A stretch of 64,000 bases of DNA, taken from positions 96,001 through 160,000 of IMG/VR virus record IMGVR_UViG_3300007512_001664, one strand, 5' to 3'. Under the pieces are notes generated by a model. It was not told where the DNA came from. It ran no database searches and saw only the letters and a program-made list of their open reading frames with translations. The DNA is from a virus. Lineage: Duplodnaviria > Caudoviricetes. The translations under genes and the position numbers were made by a program. Of this stretch, positions 1 through 8,960 are shown piece after piece (within the stretch, counting starts at the first letter, position 1; every line of letters begins with the position of its first letter).

Positions 1-3000
1 TATATGTTCTCTGTCCTAACGGATAAGACCAAATTACGTCTTTGTCATCAATATGATAATTATAATGTGCTAGCATATCAAAATAATTCATAATCTTATT
101 ATAGATTTTAAATCCCTTTATCTTTGCGTTATGCACAAAATATTTTTTCTCTTGTAGTAGTTTATTAGCCAGTGTTATATAATATGGAGTTGATACTGCA
201 CCTACATATAATCCTGCTTCAAGTATATTTGTTAAGGCATATTTAGCAGGTGAAAAGTCTACTTTATTAGCTAATCTACCATTTACATATAAACACATAA
301 ACCCTTTATTTAAAGATACGTTAATAAAGAAATGATTATATCCTGGGTTTAACGTAGAAAAGTCAAAATCAATTATTGACGTTTTTCTAGGGTACTTACC
401 TGTACTTGAGAACTTCGGTCTTTTCTTTAATACAACTTTTAGTCTGTTTTTATTTGCTCCTGTCTTTTTTAAATAACCATATGATGTGACTGTCTTAGTT
501 AGACTAAGAGAACCAATATCAATACCATGAAGTTTCTTACTGTAAACTATTTTTAATGTATCTGGATCGAGTTTTGATAGTCTAGTGCCTCCAATAAATT
601 CTTGTATCAGTAATATATATTTTTTATATTCCCCTTCTTCGAAGTCATAAATTAAGTCTATATATGATGCACCTTCCGTCCATCTTAAACTACAAAATTC
701 TCTAGTGCGGAGTAACTTGCGATCATTATCTAATATGGAAATAACATTCTCATCATGTAGTACAATTATGTTATTTATTTCGTCATTTATAACACTATGA
801 ATTTTAGATCGTTTATCTAGACCAGATAATATTCTATCATTTTTATCGTCTTGTTGTATTTTTCTATAATCTGTTATATTTCTTTTCTTTAATTTTTTAA
901 TGTGAGTTTGTTCGTTAGCTTGATCGGTCGGATCATCTTGTCTTATAACCCAAGGTATATTATTATTGTCAATTGTTACTTCATTTCCATTTCCAAACTT
1001 ATCAACATCAAATTTATATAGTACACCATCCTTTCTTATTAACTTACCCTTTCTACCTTTCGGTATTGGGAACTCTGTTCGTCCACCTTGACTAGCAGCA
1101 GGGCAAGCTGAACTCGCTGTTGTCCATGTAGAAGGTCTCCATTTACCTTGAACATCACCACCGAATTTATTTGTATTAGTATTGTAGGTAAAGTATTTAA
1201 ATTCGTCTACAGGTGCAAACAATACATCAATTTTATCTTCGTCAACATCAAAGTCGTCTATTTGAATATCTGAATCTTTTAAGTTTTCTATCTTACCAAT
1301 TAGATGGTTATTATTGTTAAAAATATATATTATATATTGTTTTCTTTTTCGACATTCTACATCTCTCTCTAATACGGAGTCATATGCTCTACTCGACACC
1401 TCCGTATGTCCTAGTACATAAAATTCAGAGAAAATGTCTTTACGAGCAATACCATCGATAGTAACTTCTTGGGAGCCTTCTTTTAAAATAATATAATCAT
1501 ATACTTCGAAATCATTATTTAAAAATAATAACTTACTATAGTATCTTTTACTTAAACTATTTTTATTTGTTGTATTGACAACAGGTAATATAATATTTGG
1601 TGTTACAAGATCAGTATTAAATATTCCTATTCCATCCTCCTGCAGGTTACCTAATAAGTGATAACAAAAAGGCTTATTATTGTCTTTAGTATGTAGCCAA
1701 AAATTCATACTAAAGTCACCTATTATGTCTGATTTATCTCTAGCAAAATTATTACCATCTAGAATTATCTCACGGTCTGTCTTAACAAATTTTTCAGTTA
1801 TTGGTACGCCTTTATAATTTAAATATTCGGCTTTTTTTGTTTTGGTATATTTACTATCAAATGCATCAAATAATTTTTCATAATCTTGATCACCAACATG
1901 ATAGTATCCATAATCGTTATTAGGCTCAAATGTTAAGTTAGACGACACATCAAATGTTTCTGTTGTTTCAGCTCCTGCAGCTGTTATTACTTTATAATGA
2001 GAGGTGCCTGATAATGCGGCAGAAAAATTAGAAGCTAGCGGGTTGTAATATCTATCTACCCATCTTGTATCTCCGTCGCTATTACCTGACAGCCAACTAC
2101 ATAGGTACGCTGGATTAGGAGAGTCGCTAAACGAATTATTTTTAATTACTTCTCTTCTTTTGAAAACTTTATCTGACATTAATGGATTAGTACCAGGTAT
2201 GGCACCTAAGTTTTCAATTTTAGAATCATTAATATTAAGTGATGTATACGGTGATATAGAGTTAGGTGTTGTAAAATATGTTAGCTTATTAGGTTTAAAG
2301 GTTAGGTCATATGTACCAATATTATACGACAATCCTATATTAGGGTATCCGTGCTGTTGATGAACACCTGCATGTATTTTTTCATAAACTCTATTATTAG
2401 TATCAGCTTCATAGTTGTAATGATTATTTTCAGAATAATACTCATGTAGAGTTGCTTGGTTTTTTAAAGGGAAGAAATCTACATGAGCAATAAAGTTATT
2501 TTGGCTATTGTCTTGATAAAAATTATAATTATTATTGAATACAAAATAATTGTTACTTACCGCTTCTACATTAGTTAATGATACCTTATCAGCGTTATAA
2601 TCTGATTTATATTTAACAAAGTTACTAGGTAGTGTTTTAAAGTCTTTAGTTAAAACATTTCTATTTATAGTGAAGAATCCAGCACTTAAATCTGCTACAG
2701 TATTTTGCCAAGCACCAGGAGCGGATAGATATAATAAATCAGATTTATTTATTAAAATATTTGCACGACCGGGTGCTGTAGTTCCGATACCAACATTAAC
2801 ATCAAAGTCTGTTGTTGGTTTATGATGTAAAGTTATTTTATCATTGTCAATAGTAAAACTAAGCCAGGCTCTATTATCAGTAAGTGGGGTAATAGTTATC
2901 CATTTTGCTGCTTCATCTTGATGGTATGGTGCACTTAAATGGTATGTGTTACTATTATATGTTTGAGTTATAAAAAGCGCCTCTCTTTTATTTAGTGGTT

Positions 3001-3433
3001 TATTAGAACGACCGTCATGATGAGTTGGAGTTGGAATGCTACTAATATGAAACGTATAGAAAAATTGGCTACTTAGAGTACTAAATTCTGATGCATCAAC
3101 AAAAACACTACTAACTGGGTCGCCGTCAGACGTGTAGCAATTCTTCAGATACTTATCTCCTTGTTTTATTGTTGTAGTAAATGAACTAACAGCATTAGTT
3201 GTAAATGGTATTTTAAGTTCTGCTATAGTAGATAATTCTGCTAACTCCGTTAATGAATATTGTGTATTGAAGTTTGTCTTTTTATCTTTTAAATTTTGAT
3301 TAAAATAATATTGATTTGTAATTAATCCGAAGTTAAAATTTTCTCTATATTTACGGAGTACTATAGTTGCATCGTGTATGTGACGATACTCAATTATCGG
3401 TAGAGAGCTACTATCAATAATTTGTACATTCAT
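1..3433 (-). CDS. Large virion structural/fibre protein with LamG (ConA-like) domain; 3'-truncated by window edge, >=1144 aa
   Basis: Not in the ORF track. ATG at 3433, two bases after the stop of the 350-aa ORF, reads MNVQIIDSSSLPIIEYRHIH. The same frame is open at the points I spot-checked: 1720 (GDFSMNFWLHTKDNNKPF, LamG-like) and the window edge (KGFKIYNKIMNYFDMLAHYNY). I did not translate the full length. Confidence 0.75.
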   Translation of the reverse strand, partial: MNVQIIDSSSLPIIEYRHIHDATIVLRKYRENFNFGLITNQYYFNQNLKDKKTNFNTQYSLTELAELSTIAELKIPFTTNAVSSFTTTIKQGDKYLKNCYTSDGDPVSSVFVDASEFSTLSSQFFYTFHISSIPTPTHHDGRSNKPLNKREALFITQTYNSNTYHLSAPYHQDEAAKWITITPLTDNRAWLSFTIDNDKITLHHKPTTDFDVNVGIGTTAPGRANILINKSDLLYLSAPGAWQNTVADLSAGFFTINRNVLTKDFKTLPSNFVKYKSDYNADKVSLTNVEAVSNNYFVFNNNYNFYQDNSQNNFIAHVDFFPLKNQATLHEYYSENNHYNYEADTNNRVYEKIHAGVHQQHGYPNIGLSYNIGTYDLTFKPNKLTYFTTPNSISPYTSLNINDSKIENLGAIPGTNPLMSDKVFKRREVIKNNSFSDSPNPAYLCSWLSGNSDGDTRWVDRYYNPLASNFSAALSGTSHYKVITAAGAETTETFDVSSNLTFEPNNDYGYYHVGDQDYEKLFDAFDSKYTKTKKAEYLNYKGVPITEKFVKTDREIILDGNNFARDKSDIIGDFSMNFWLHTKDNNKPFCYHLLGNLQEDGIGIFNTDLVTPNIILPVVNTTNKNSLSKRYYSKLLFLNNDFEVYDYIILKEGSQEVTIDGIARKDIFSEFYVLGHTEVSSRAYDSVLERDVECRKRKQYIIYIFNNNNHLIGKIENLKDSDIQIDDFDVDEDKIDVLFAPVDEFKYFTYNTNTNKFGGDVQGKWRPSTWTTASSACPAASQGGRTEFPIPKGRKGKLIRKDGVLYKFDVDKFGNGNEVTIDNNNIPWVIRQDDPTDQANEQTHIKKLKKRNITDYRKIQQDDKNDRILSGLDKRSKIHSVINDEINNIIVLHDENVISILDNDRKLLRTREFCSLRWTEGASYIDLIYDFEEGEYKKYILLIQEFIGGTRLSKLDPDTLKIVYSKKLHGIDIGSLSLTKTVTSYGYLKKTGANKNRLKVVLKKRPKFSSTGKYPRKTSIIDFDFSTLNPGYNHFFINVSLNKGFMCLYVNGRLANKVDFSPAKYALTNILEAGLYVGAVSTPYYITLANKLLQEKKYFVHNAKIKGFKIYNKIMNYFDMLAHYNYHIDDKDVIWSYPLGQRTY

Positions 3434-3435
3434 TA

Positions 3436-4488
3436 TTAGAACATCCTTACACCAGAAAACGATGAACCTTTACCGATCTTTGGAGCATTAACGCCGGTTT
3501 TTCCGGTACTGCCAAACTTTATAAGAACCACATCATCGTTTGAAACTTCTTCGACGAGACTAAAATCATATATATATGTGGTACCTATCCTATTAGTCCG
3601 ATACCCTTTACGTACTTCAGTACCATTAATATATACTGTAATAGGAATAGAGTCAGCACTAGTACCGGCGTTTGCATATATTATCTCTATATACACATCA
3701 AAAGATATTGTACTTGTTAAAAATTGCGTTGCAGAAGGGTATGTCATTTTAAATGGATTCTGAACTATAGTTCCAATAGCTGGATCAATAGTAGTTCTAT
3801 TAAAGGCTAGATTTCCGCTAGCTGGTATTGTTATATCATTCCCTGTAACTGATACTTTAAAGTTTACAGAGTCAACTGTTGACGATGTTGTATCTAATAA
3901 TCTAGGTGGTATTGTGACAATATCTGTATCTGTTCCATCACTTCGAACTTCAAGGTCTGCTGGTATGCCGTCATACCATTCATGGTCATTCCTTTGATTG
4001 GAGTCACCAGCAGATGCCCATGATTTCACTTTGTATAAGCGTAATTTTGCCCCGGCTTTTAAAGTAACTTTTTGTTCGGTTTCTAATAGGGCTGTAATTT
4101 GACCTATTCTAGCTAATATGTTTTGTATGTCACTTCGGTTCCGGGCTACATTACCTGAAATATCTTGTAATGTTGTATACGCATTATAATTGCGTACACT
4201 TAGATCAATGGTACCTTGTAAGTCTGAATATGTAGGTTTATGATCTGTATCTGTATCTGATCTTAATATATTGAACCCACCAACTGAGAAAAATTGTTTA
4301 TTACCGGTGTTATCTCCGCGACCGGATATTAAATGATAAAAACTAATATTATCAAGACCGATGACAAAATCTCTAAAGTTTAATAGCTTAGTACCGTTGG
4401 TTGTTTCAACAAGCAACTTATCTGTTTTTAATATTTCCGTCCCGATATCTAAATCAGATATATTTACAATTTCGTCTTCTATAGCCAT
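3436..4488 (-). CDS. Short tail fibre/spike-like protein (fibre N-terminal motif, coiled coil, C1q/TNF-like head)
   Basis: N-terminal ISDLDIGTEILKTDKLLVETTNGTKLL resembles fibre anchor motifs; heptad segment NVARNRSDIQNILARIGQITALLE; C-terminal beta domain ending GSSFSGVRMF (gC1q-like). Confidence 0.5.
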   Translation of the reverse strand: MAIEDEIVNISDLDIGTEILKTDKLLVETTNGTKLLNFRDFVIGLDNISFYHLISGRGDNTGNKQFFSVGGFNILRSDTDTDHKPTYSDLQGTIDLSVRNYNAYTTLQDISGNVARNRSDIQNILARIGQITALLETEQKVTLKAGAKLRLYKVKSWASAGDSNQRNDHEWYDGIPADLEVRSDGTDTDIVTIPPRLLDTTSSTVDSVNFKVSVTGNDITIPASGNLAFNRTTIDPAIGTIVQNPFKMTYPSATQFLTSTISFDVYIEIIYANAGTSADSIPITVYINGTEVRKGYRTNRIGTTYIYDFSLVEEVSNDDVVLIKFGSTGKTGVNAPKIGKGSSFSGVRMF

Positions 4489-4493
4489 ATAAT

Positions 4494-4499
4494 TATTTA
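4494..4499 (-). promoter_or_regulatory. Late promoter TAAATA
   Basis: 5 nt upstream of ATG 4488. Confidence 0.65.
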
Positions 4500-4503
4500 G
4501 TCG

Positions 4504-5622
4504 TTAATAATCTACAAACGCAGTAATTGTACTTATTCCAGTTGATATAGTACTACAGCTTTGTGGATCAAACACATCTACCATGAAATAACCACCAATA
4601 GGTAATTGCGAAACAGATACACCTGTACCTACGTTAGTAAAATAGAAGTATTGTGCGTCTGCTAATGATGATCTTGTTCCTGTAATATCTAATAATGGTA
4701 CTGATATTACCTTTTCAGTTAGACTAATATCCTTAATAAAGTCTCCAGGGTTCCAGTTTATATAACCAGTCAAATGCATAAACGCTGAATTAGCAGTAAG
4801 AGGCACATATGCAGTATCTCCCGCTGCTAGTGATTGACCTGGCATGTATATATTCCCAGTGTCGGGATGTGCAGCACGAGTTCTATATTTCAGAGTAATA
4901 TTATCATTATCTTTTGGTTTTTTAGTAACTGGATTATAGACATCGTTAACTCTTACTATAATAGAATCTCCAGTATTAGATTCATTAGCATCTATTTGTA
5001 AGTATTCAGTTGTAAATCCAACGTTAAATGACTCAGAGCTAATAGTTTGACTATACGCCAATGCTGGATCAAATTCACTCCTTGCTACAGCGTTAATATC
5101 AATTAAATTCAATCCTAATACTTCAGGATTCTTATTAACAAATGTTAATAATAGTTTTTCATCTGTAGTATCTTTATTATTAAAATAATCTGTTTTAATT
5201 AAATTTATATCTTCAAATGTTTCAATACCAGGTTGATTCATTGTGAATTGAATATCAATCATGTCAACTTCGAGATCGTCTCTGTATAAAGTTAAATATA
5301 CATTTTTTGTTGAACTATCAACCGGTTCAGTTTCAATAACTTTAGTAAATGTAGTTGTAGATATTGGTGGTATTGAAGTTGTTGTTATTGGTCTGTTTAT
5401 TATTAATTCATCAGATCCATCCTGTTCAAAATCAACAATTATTTTATTAAGTTTTCTAGTTGCATGGTCGTCATATGCTGATAAACAAGACAAGGAAAAT
5501 GTTACATTAGTGGTACCAGTAAGCGAGACAGAAAACGTAGATACCGTACTAGTAGCAGTTGGAGTTCCATGCTTATGACCGCTGGAATTTCCTCCTGTTA
5601 CATTATATGTATACGTATTCAT
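4504..5622 (-). CDS. Hypothetical virion structural protein (beta-rich, Thr/Ser-rich)
   Basis: 372-aa ORF within the co-oriented baseplate/fibre cluster; no family motif recognised. Confidence 0.55.
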   Translation of the reverse strand: MNTYTYNVTGGNSSGHKHGTPTATSTVSTFSVSLTGTTNVTFSLSCLSAYDDHATRKLNKIIVDFEQDGSDELIINRPITTTSIPPISTTTFTKVIETEPVDSSTKNVYLTLYRDDLEVDMIDIQFTMNQPGIETFEDINLIKTDYFNNKDTTDEKLLLTFVNKNPEVLGLNLIDINAVARSEFDPALAYSQTISSESFNVGFTTEYLQIDANESNTGDSIIVRVNDVYNPVTKKPKDNDNITLKYRTRAAHPDTGNIYMPGQSLAAGDTAYVPLTANSAFMHLTGYINWNPGDFIKDISLTEKVISVPLLDITGTRSSLADAQYFYFTNVGTGVSVSQLPIGGYFMVDVFDPQSCSTISTGISTITAFVDY

Positions 5623-5640
5623 ATTATTCTATTTCTATGT

Positions 5641-8600
5641 TCATCCTTTCTCTTCGACACTTTCGCTCAAGGCGTTGTGAAGGCTGTCGTCGGCATCGCC
5701 CATAATTTTTTTATTTCGGCCTTCTTCGTCATGACGCCACTCCCAAGCTTCTTTATTCGTCCATGTTTTGCCAGTACTATGATCTTTATAGGCATATTTA
5801 TTATCTCTTTCTGGTGAACCATCACCTGCATGCCACATTGCTGCACCATGACCACCTGGCTGGCTAGCCTCCATTGCATGTTTTAAATAGTTACCGCGCA
5901 CAATGTAACAACCCTCAGGATCACATGATATTGTTATATCTTTACCAGCAGCATTCTTCTTAGTGACACAGTTTCTTCCCTGGTTCCAGATGATATTACC
6001 ATTCCAATTCCTATCTCCCCATTTGCGGAAATACGTTATACCGTCCGGAAAATTCTTTTTAACTTCTTCCTTGAGACCTACTAGAGAGTCTAGATTGTCC
6101 CGGGAATAATATTCAACTCTTCCAAATAATTGACCCCATTTATGACGGGTATATTCATGTTCATATGTTTCATACACTGTCCGGTCATTATCACCGGTTG
6201 GTTCGCTTAAATTAGATTTATACCCTATATAATCATGACAAGCTTGTGGTGTATCACCCACGCATAGGTTATTATATTCCTGAAGCAGGGCGTCAATTTG
6301 GTCCCACGTTTTAACCCAGCAATGACCTATTTTCCGTATAGGTTCAATTACCACAGGTTCGCCCTCATCACCCGATGTAGCTTCCTTACACGCACCAGCA
6401 GCTGTAGCTTGTTCAGCAGTAAGCCATACAGCTATTTTAACCCAGTCTTGACCTAACGCCTTACCCACTGGCTTATGTGAAACGGTAGCTTTATAATGTG
6501 TAAGTGCGAAGTTTCTAGGATTTATAAACTTAACATCATTTACAAGAATAGGTTGACTACTGTAACCTGTTTGTTTAGGATCTACTATATACGTGGTCGT
6601 TATATTTTGTGTAGTTTTCTCTTCACTACCAGCGGCTGTTTCCCACTGAATTAAATAACTTATTCCGTCTATCTCATATTCTCTAATCATGTCGTTAACG
6701 GCAGGATTATATGCATTGGAATTTAATTGACTCTTCGAAATTCTATTCCAACCTAGAATATACTGAGTCCTTCCGCTACCTTTTCTTTGACCTTCTGTAT
6801 CACCTTCCGTATCGAATATAGGCTCGAACCAACCAGCACATTCTTCGGGAGGTCGCAGTTTTGGTGGGTCGACTATTACTGGGTTTGGATCACCGGGAGG
6901 ACCAGGTATATCGTTTCTCCTTGTGTTAACAGCTGTCCACTTAGCTTCAATCTCAGTAGTTTTCCATTCCGGGACCGAGCATAAATCAATCCTGTCGAGC
7001 AGTTTTTCTCGTTTTATTAACATTGTAATATCGATAGGATCCGGGGTAGGAATAGTAACTAAATCTCTCCTTAAATTAGCAGACGATTCTTCTAGATATT
7101 CTACAGTAGTTATATTGTCTATTTTTTCTATTGCTTTAGTTGGGCGACCCATTCTTACACCTGTTACTTTAAATGAATGTAATTCGAAGTGACTACTAAA
7201 ATTCGATGTTGTAAATGATAGACCTACGTTAAGAGGGGCAGGTTCAAGTTTACCTGATTGATATGTACCACTATTACTAACATCAACTGGAGCTGTACTA
7301 CCTACACCAACTCCTGGTGCATATGTAGTACCAATACCAACAGCTGTAGTACCAATACCAATGCTGGGCAAAGCTTCAGGAGTATCAATACCAACGGACC
7401 ATGGCTGATAATATGATCCTTTATTATCTTTTACGCTATTTAAGTCAAACTCCATTATTGTATTGTAGTCTGTAGCGCTTGTAAGTTTATTATATATCGT
7501 GACTCGATTACCTTTATTAGTGAGATCAATTCTATAGTCTTGAAAATCAACATCAGACCCTGTAGCGTTAGCTGATTGCTGGTGCATGGAAACTGCGCTA
7601 GCAGCTACTGTTGATATTGACATACACGTTAATACCCTTGTAAAGGAATCTCTATTACCTCGAATACCTACTGAGCTTGGAGCTGTCTTATTAGTATGAT
7701 TGCCAGACCATTTTCCATGGCTCCATGTACCGGCTCCTCCACCAGCGGATAACCAGCCTTCTTTGCCATCAGCAGTAGTACAAAAATCTCCTCTAATATC
7801 AAACCCTACTCCTAAAAAACAATCAGCTGGTGCACCATAATTAGCACCATACATATTAGAATTATTAACAATTAAGCCTTCAACATTACCTGCGCTTAAC
7901 GGTATTCTACCAGAAGAAGCATTTTCTTCAATTTCGGTTGCCAAGGTAGATGCTTTTGCGTAACCTAATGTACTACCTACTCCCATTGGTTCAACAATAC
8001 CATTAGTAGGATTCCTATAAAAATATGCGCAAAAACCTTCACCGAACCCTGTTAGTCCACCGTTCGCAGTAGTAGCTATATCTATATATCTAGACGGGTG
8101 ACTATCAGAATTATTGGATTGAAGTGACCTATAAGCAGTCATTGTAGGAACCTGAAATGACTTTGCTGTAAAATCTACACGTATATCATAATTAGAATCA
8201 AATGCTGCGTATTTAGGGTTATACGTAATATAGCCTCCAGAATATTGAAATACAGATTGTTTAGTTGCAGTTAGACAAGTTTTTTCACTACTACCTGCAC
8301 CTGTACCTTTACGACAATAAGCCATTAAATTAAAACCTAAGCTATCGTTATAATCGACATGTGTCGGTGTAAGAGAATAATCCGTAACTCTCTCTTGATA
8401 AGCAGTGTCAATCTCTTCGTTCCATCTAAGTGGATTACCACCTATAATAAGATCAGAATTTAAATAACCACTTTTAAATGTAAATCGGTTGGTGCCCAAT
8501 TTGTCATTAGGTAAAAATGCTTCTGTATCTAATAAATAAAAATCAGTATCTATATATTGAAAAATATAATTTAATATTCCAAAACCATCAGCTCTTGCCG

Positions 8601-8943
8601 TGTATCTACCTATACATGTAACTGAATATCTATCAGATGTTTTATTATAATTTATAAGTGGTTTTGTAATAGAATTAAAATTCGTATCATCACCGTAATA
8701 GTTTTTCGGGAGTAAATCAAATAAATCACTCCTATTATCATCTTTAAATGTATCGAGATTTTTAGGATATATTACTGATTGATAATTTGTGTTTTTATCA
8801 ATTTTATATACTATAGGTAATGCACCATAAACTATATCAGTTGATCCTTGACATCTTTGACCAGAAATGGAGCTAACTTTGCACACAAACATTTCTCTTG
8901 TTTGGTCATTATAAAAAACGTCTGATTGTTTTGTTGTGAACAT
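5641..8943 (-). CDS. Large tail fibre/receptor-binding protein with L-type (legume) lectin-like domain
   Basis: 1100 aa; lectin-like motifs GEGFCAYFY, FLGVGFDIRGDF, YRIDLTN, VGLSFTT; GIGT repeats; own late promoter at 8950-8955. Confidence 0.55.
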   Translation of the reverse strand: MFTTKQSDVFYNDQTREMFVCKVSSISGQRCQGSTDIVYGALPIVYKIDKNTNYQSVIYPKNLDTFKDDNRSDLFDLLPKNYYGDDTNFNSITKPLINYNKTSDRYSVTCIGRYTARADGFGILNYIFQYIDTDFYLLDTEAFLPNDKLGTNRFTFKSGYLNSDLIIGGNPLRWNEEIDTAYQERVTDYSLTPTHVDYNDSLGFNLMAYCRKGTGAGSSEKTCLTATKQSVFQYSGGYITYNPKYAAFDSNYDIRVDFTAKSFQVPTMTAYRSLQSNNSDSHPSRYIDIATTANGGLTGFGEGFCAYFYRNPTNGIVEPMGVGSTLGYAKASTLATEIEENASSGRIPLSAGNVEGLIVNNSNMYGANYGAPADCFLGVGFDIRGDFCTTADGKEGWLSAGGGAGTWSHGKWSGNHTNKTAPSSVGIRGNRDSFTRVLTCMSISTVAASAVSMHQQSANATGSDVDFQDYRIDLTNKGNRVTIYNKLTSATDYNTIMEFDLNSVKDNKGSYYQPWSVGIDTPEALPSIGIGTTAVGIGTTYAPGVGVGSTAPVDVSNSGTYQSGKLEPAPLNVGLSFTTSNFSSHFELHSFKVTGVRMGRPTKAIEKIDNITTVEYLEESSANLRRDLVTIPTPDPIDITMLIKREKLLDRIDLCSVPEWKTTEIEAKWTAVNTRRNDIPGPPGDPNPVIVDPPKLRPPEECAGWFEPIFDTEGDTEGQRKGSGRTQYILGWNRISKSQLNSNAYNPAVNDMIREYEIDGISYLIQWETAAGSEEKTTQNITTTYIVDPKQTGYSSQPILVNDVKFINPRNFALTHYKATVSHKPVGKALGQDWVKIAVWLTAEQATAAGACKEATSGDEGEPVVIEPIRKIGHCWVKTWDQIDALLQEYNNLCVGDTPQACHDYIGYKSNLSEPTGDNDRTVYETYEHEYTRHKWGQLFGRVEYYSRDNLDSLVGLKEEVKKNFPDGITYFRKWGDRNWNGNIIWNQGRNCVTKKNAAGKDITISCDPEGCYIVRGNYLKHAMEASQPGGHGAAMWHAGDGSPERDNKYAYKDHSTGKTWTNKEAWEWRHDEEGRNKKIMGDADDSLHNALSESVEEKG
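7324..7361. repeat. 17-nt direct repeat, period 21, encoding GIGTT repeats
   Basis: tgtagtaccaataccaa at 7324-7340 and 7345-7361 (IGIGTTAVGIGTT). Confidence 0.8.
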
Positions 8944-8949
8944 TTAAAT

Positions 8950-8955
8950 TATTTA
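8950..8955 (-). promoter_or_regulatory. Late promoter TAAATA
   Basis: 6 nt upstream of ATG 8943. Confidence 0.65.
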
Positions 8956-8960
8956 CTATG

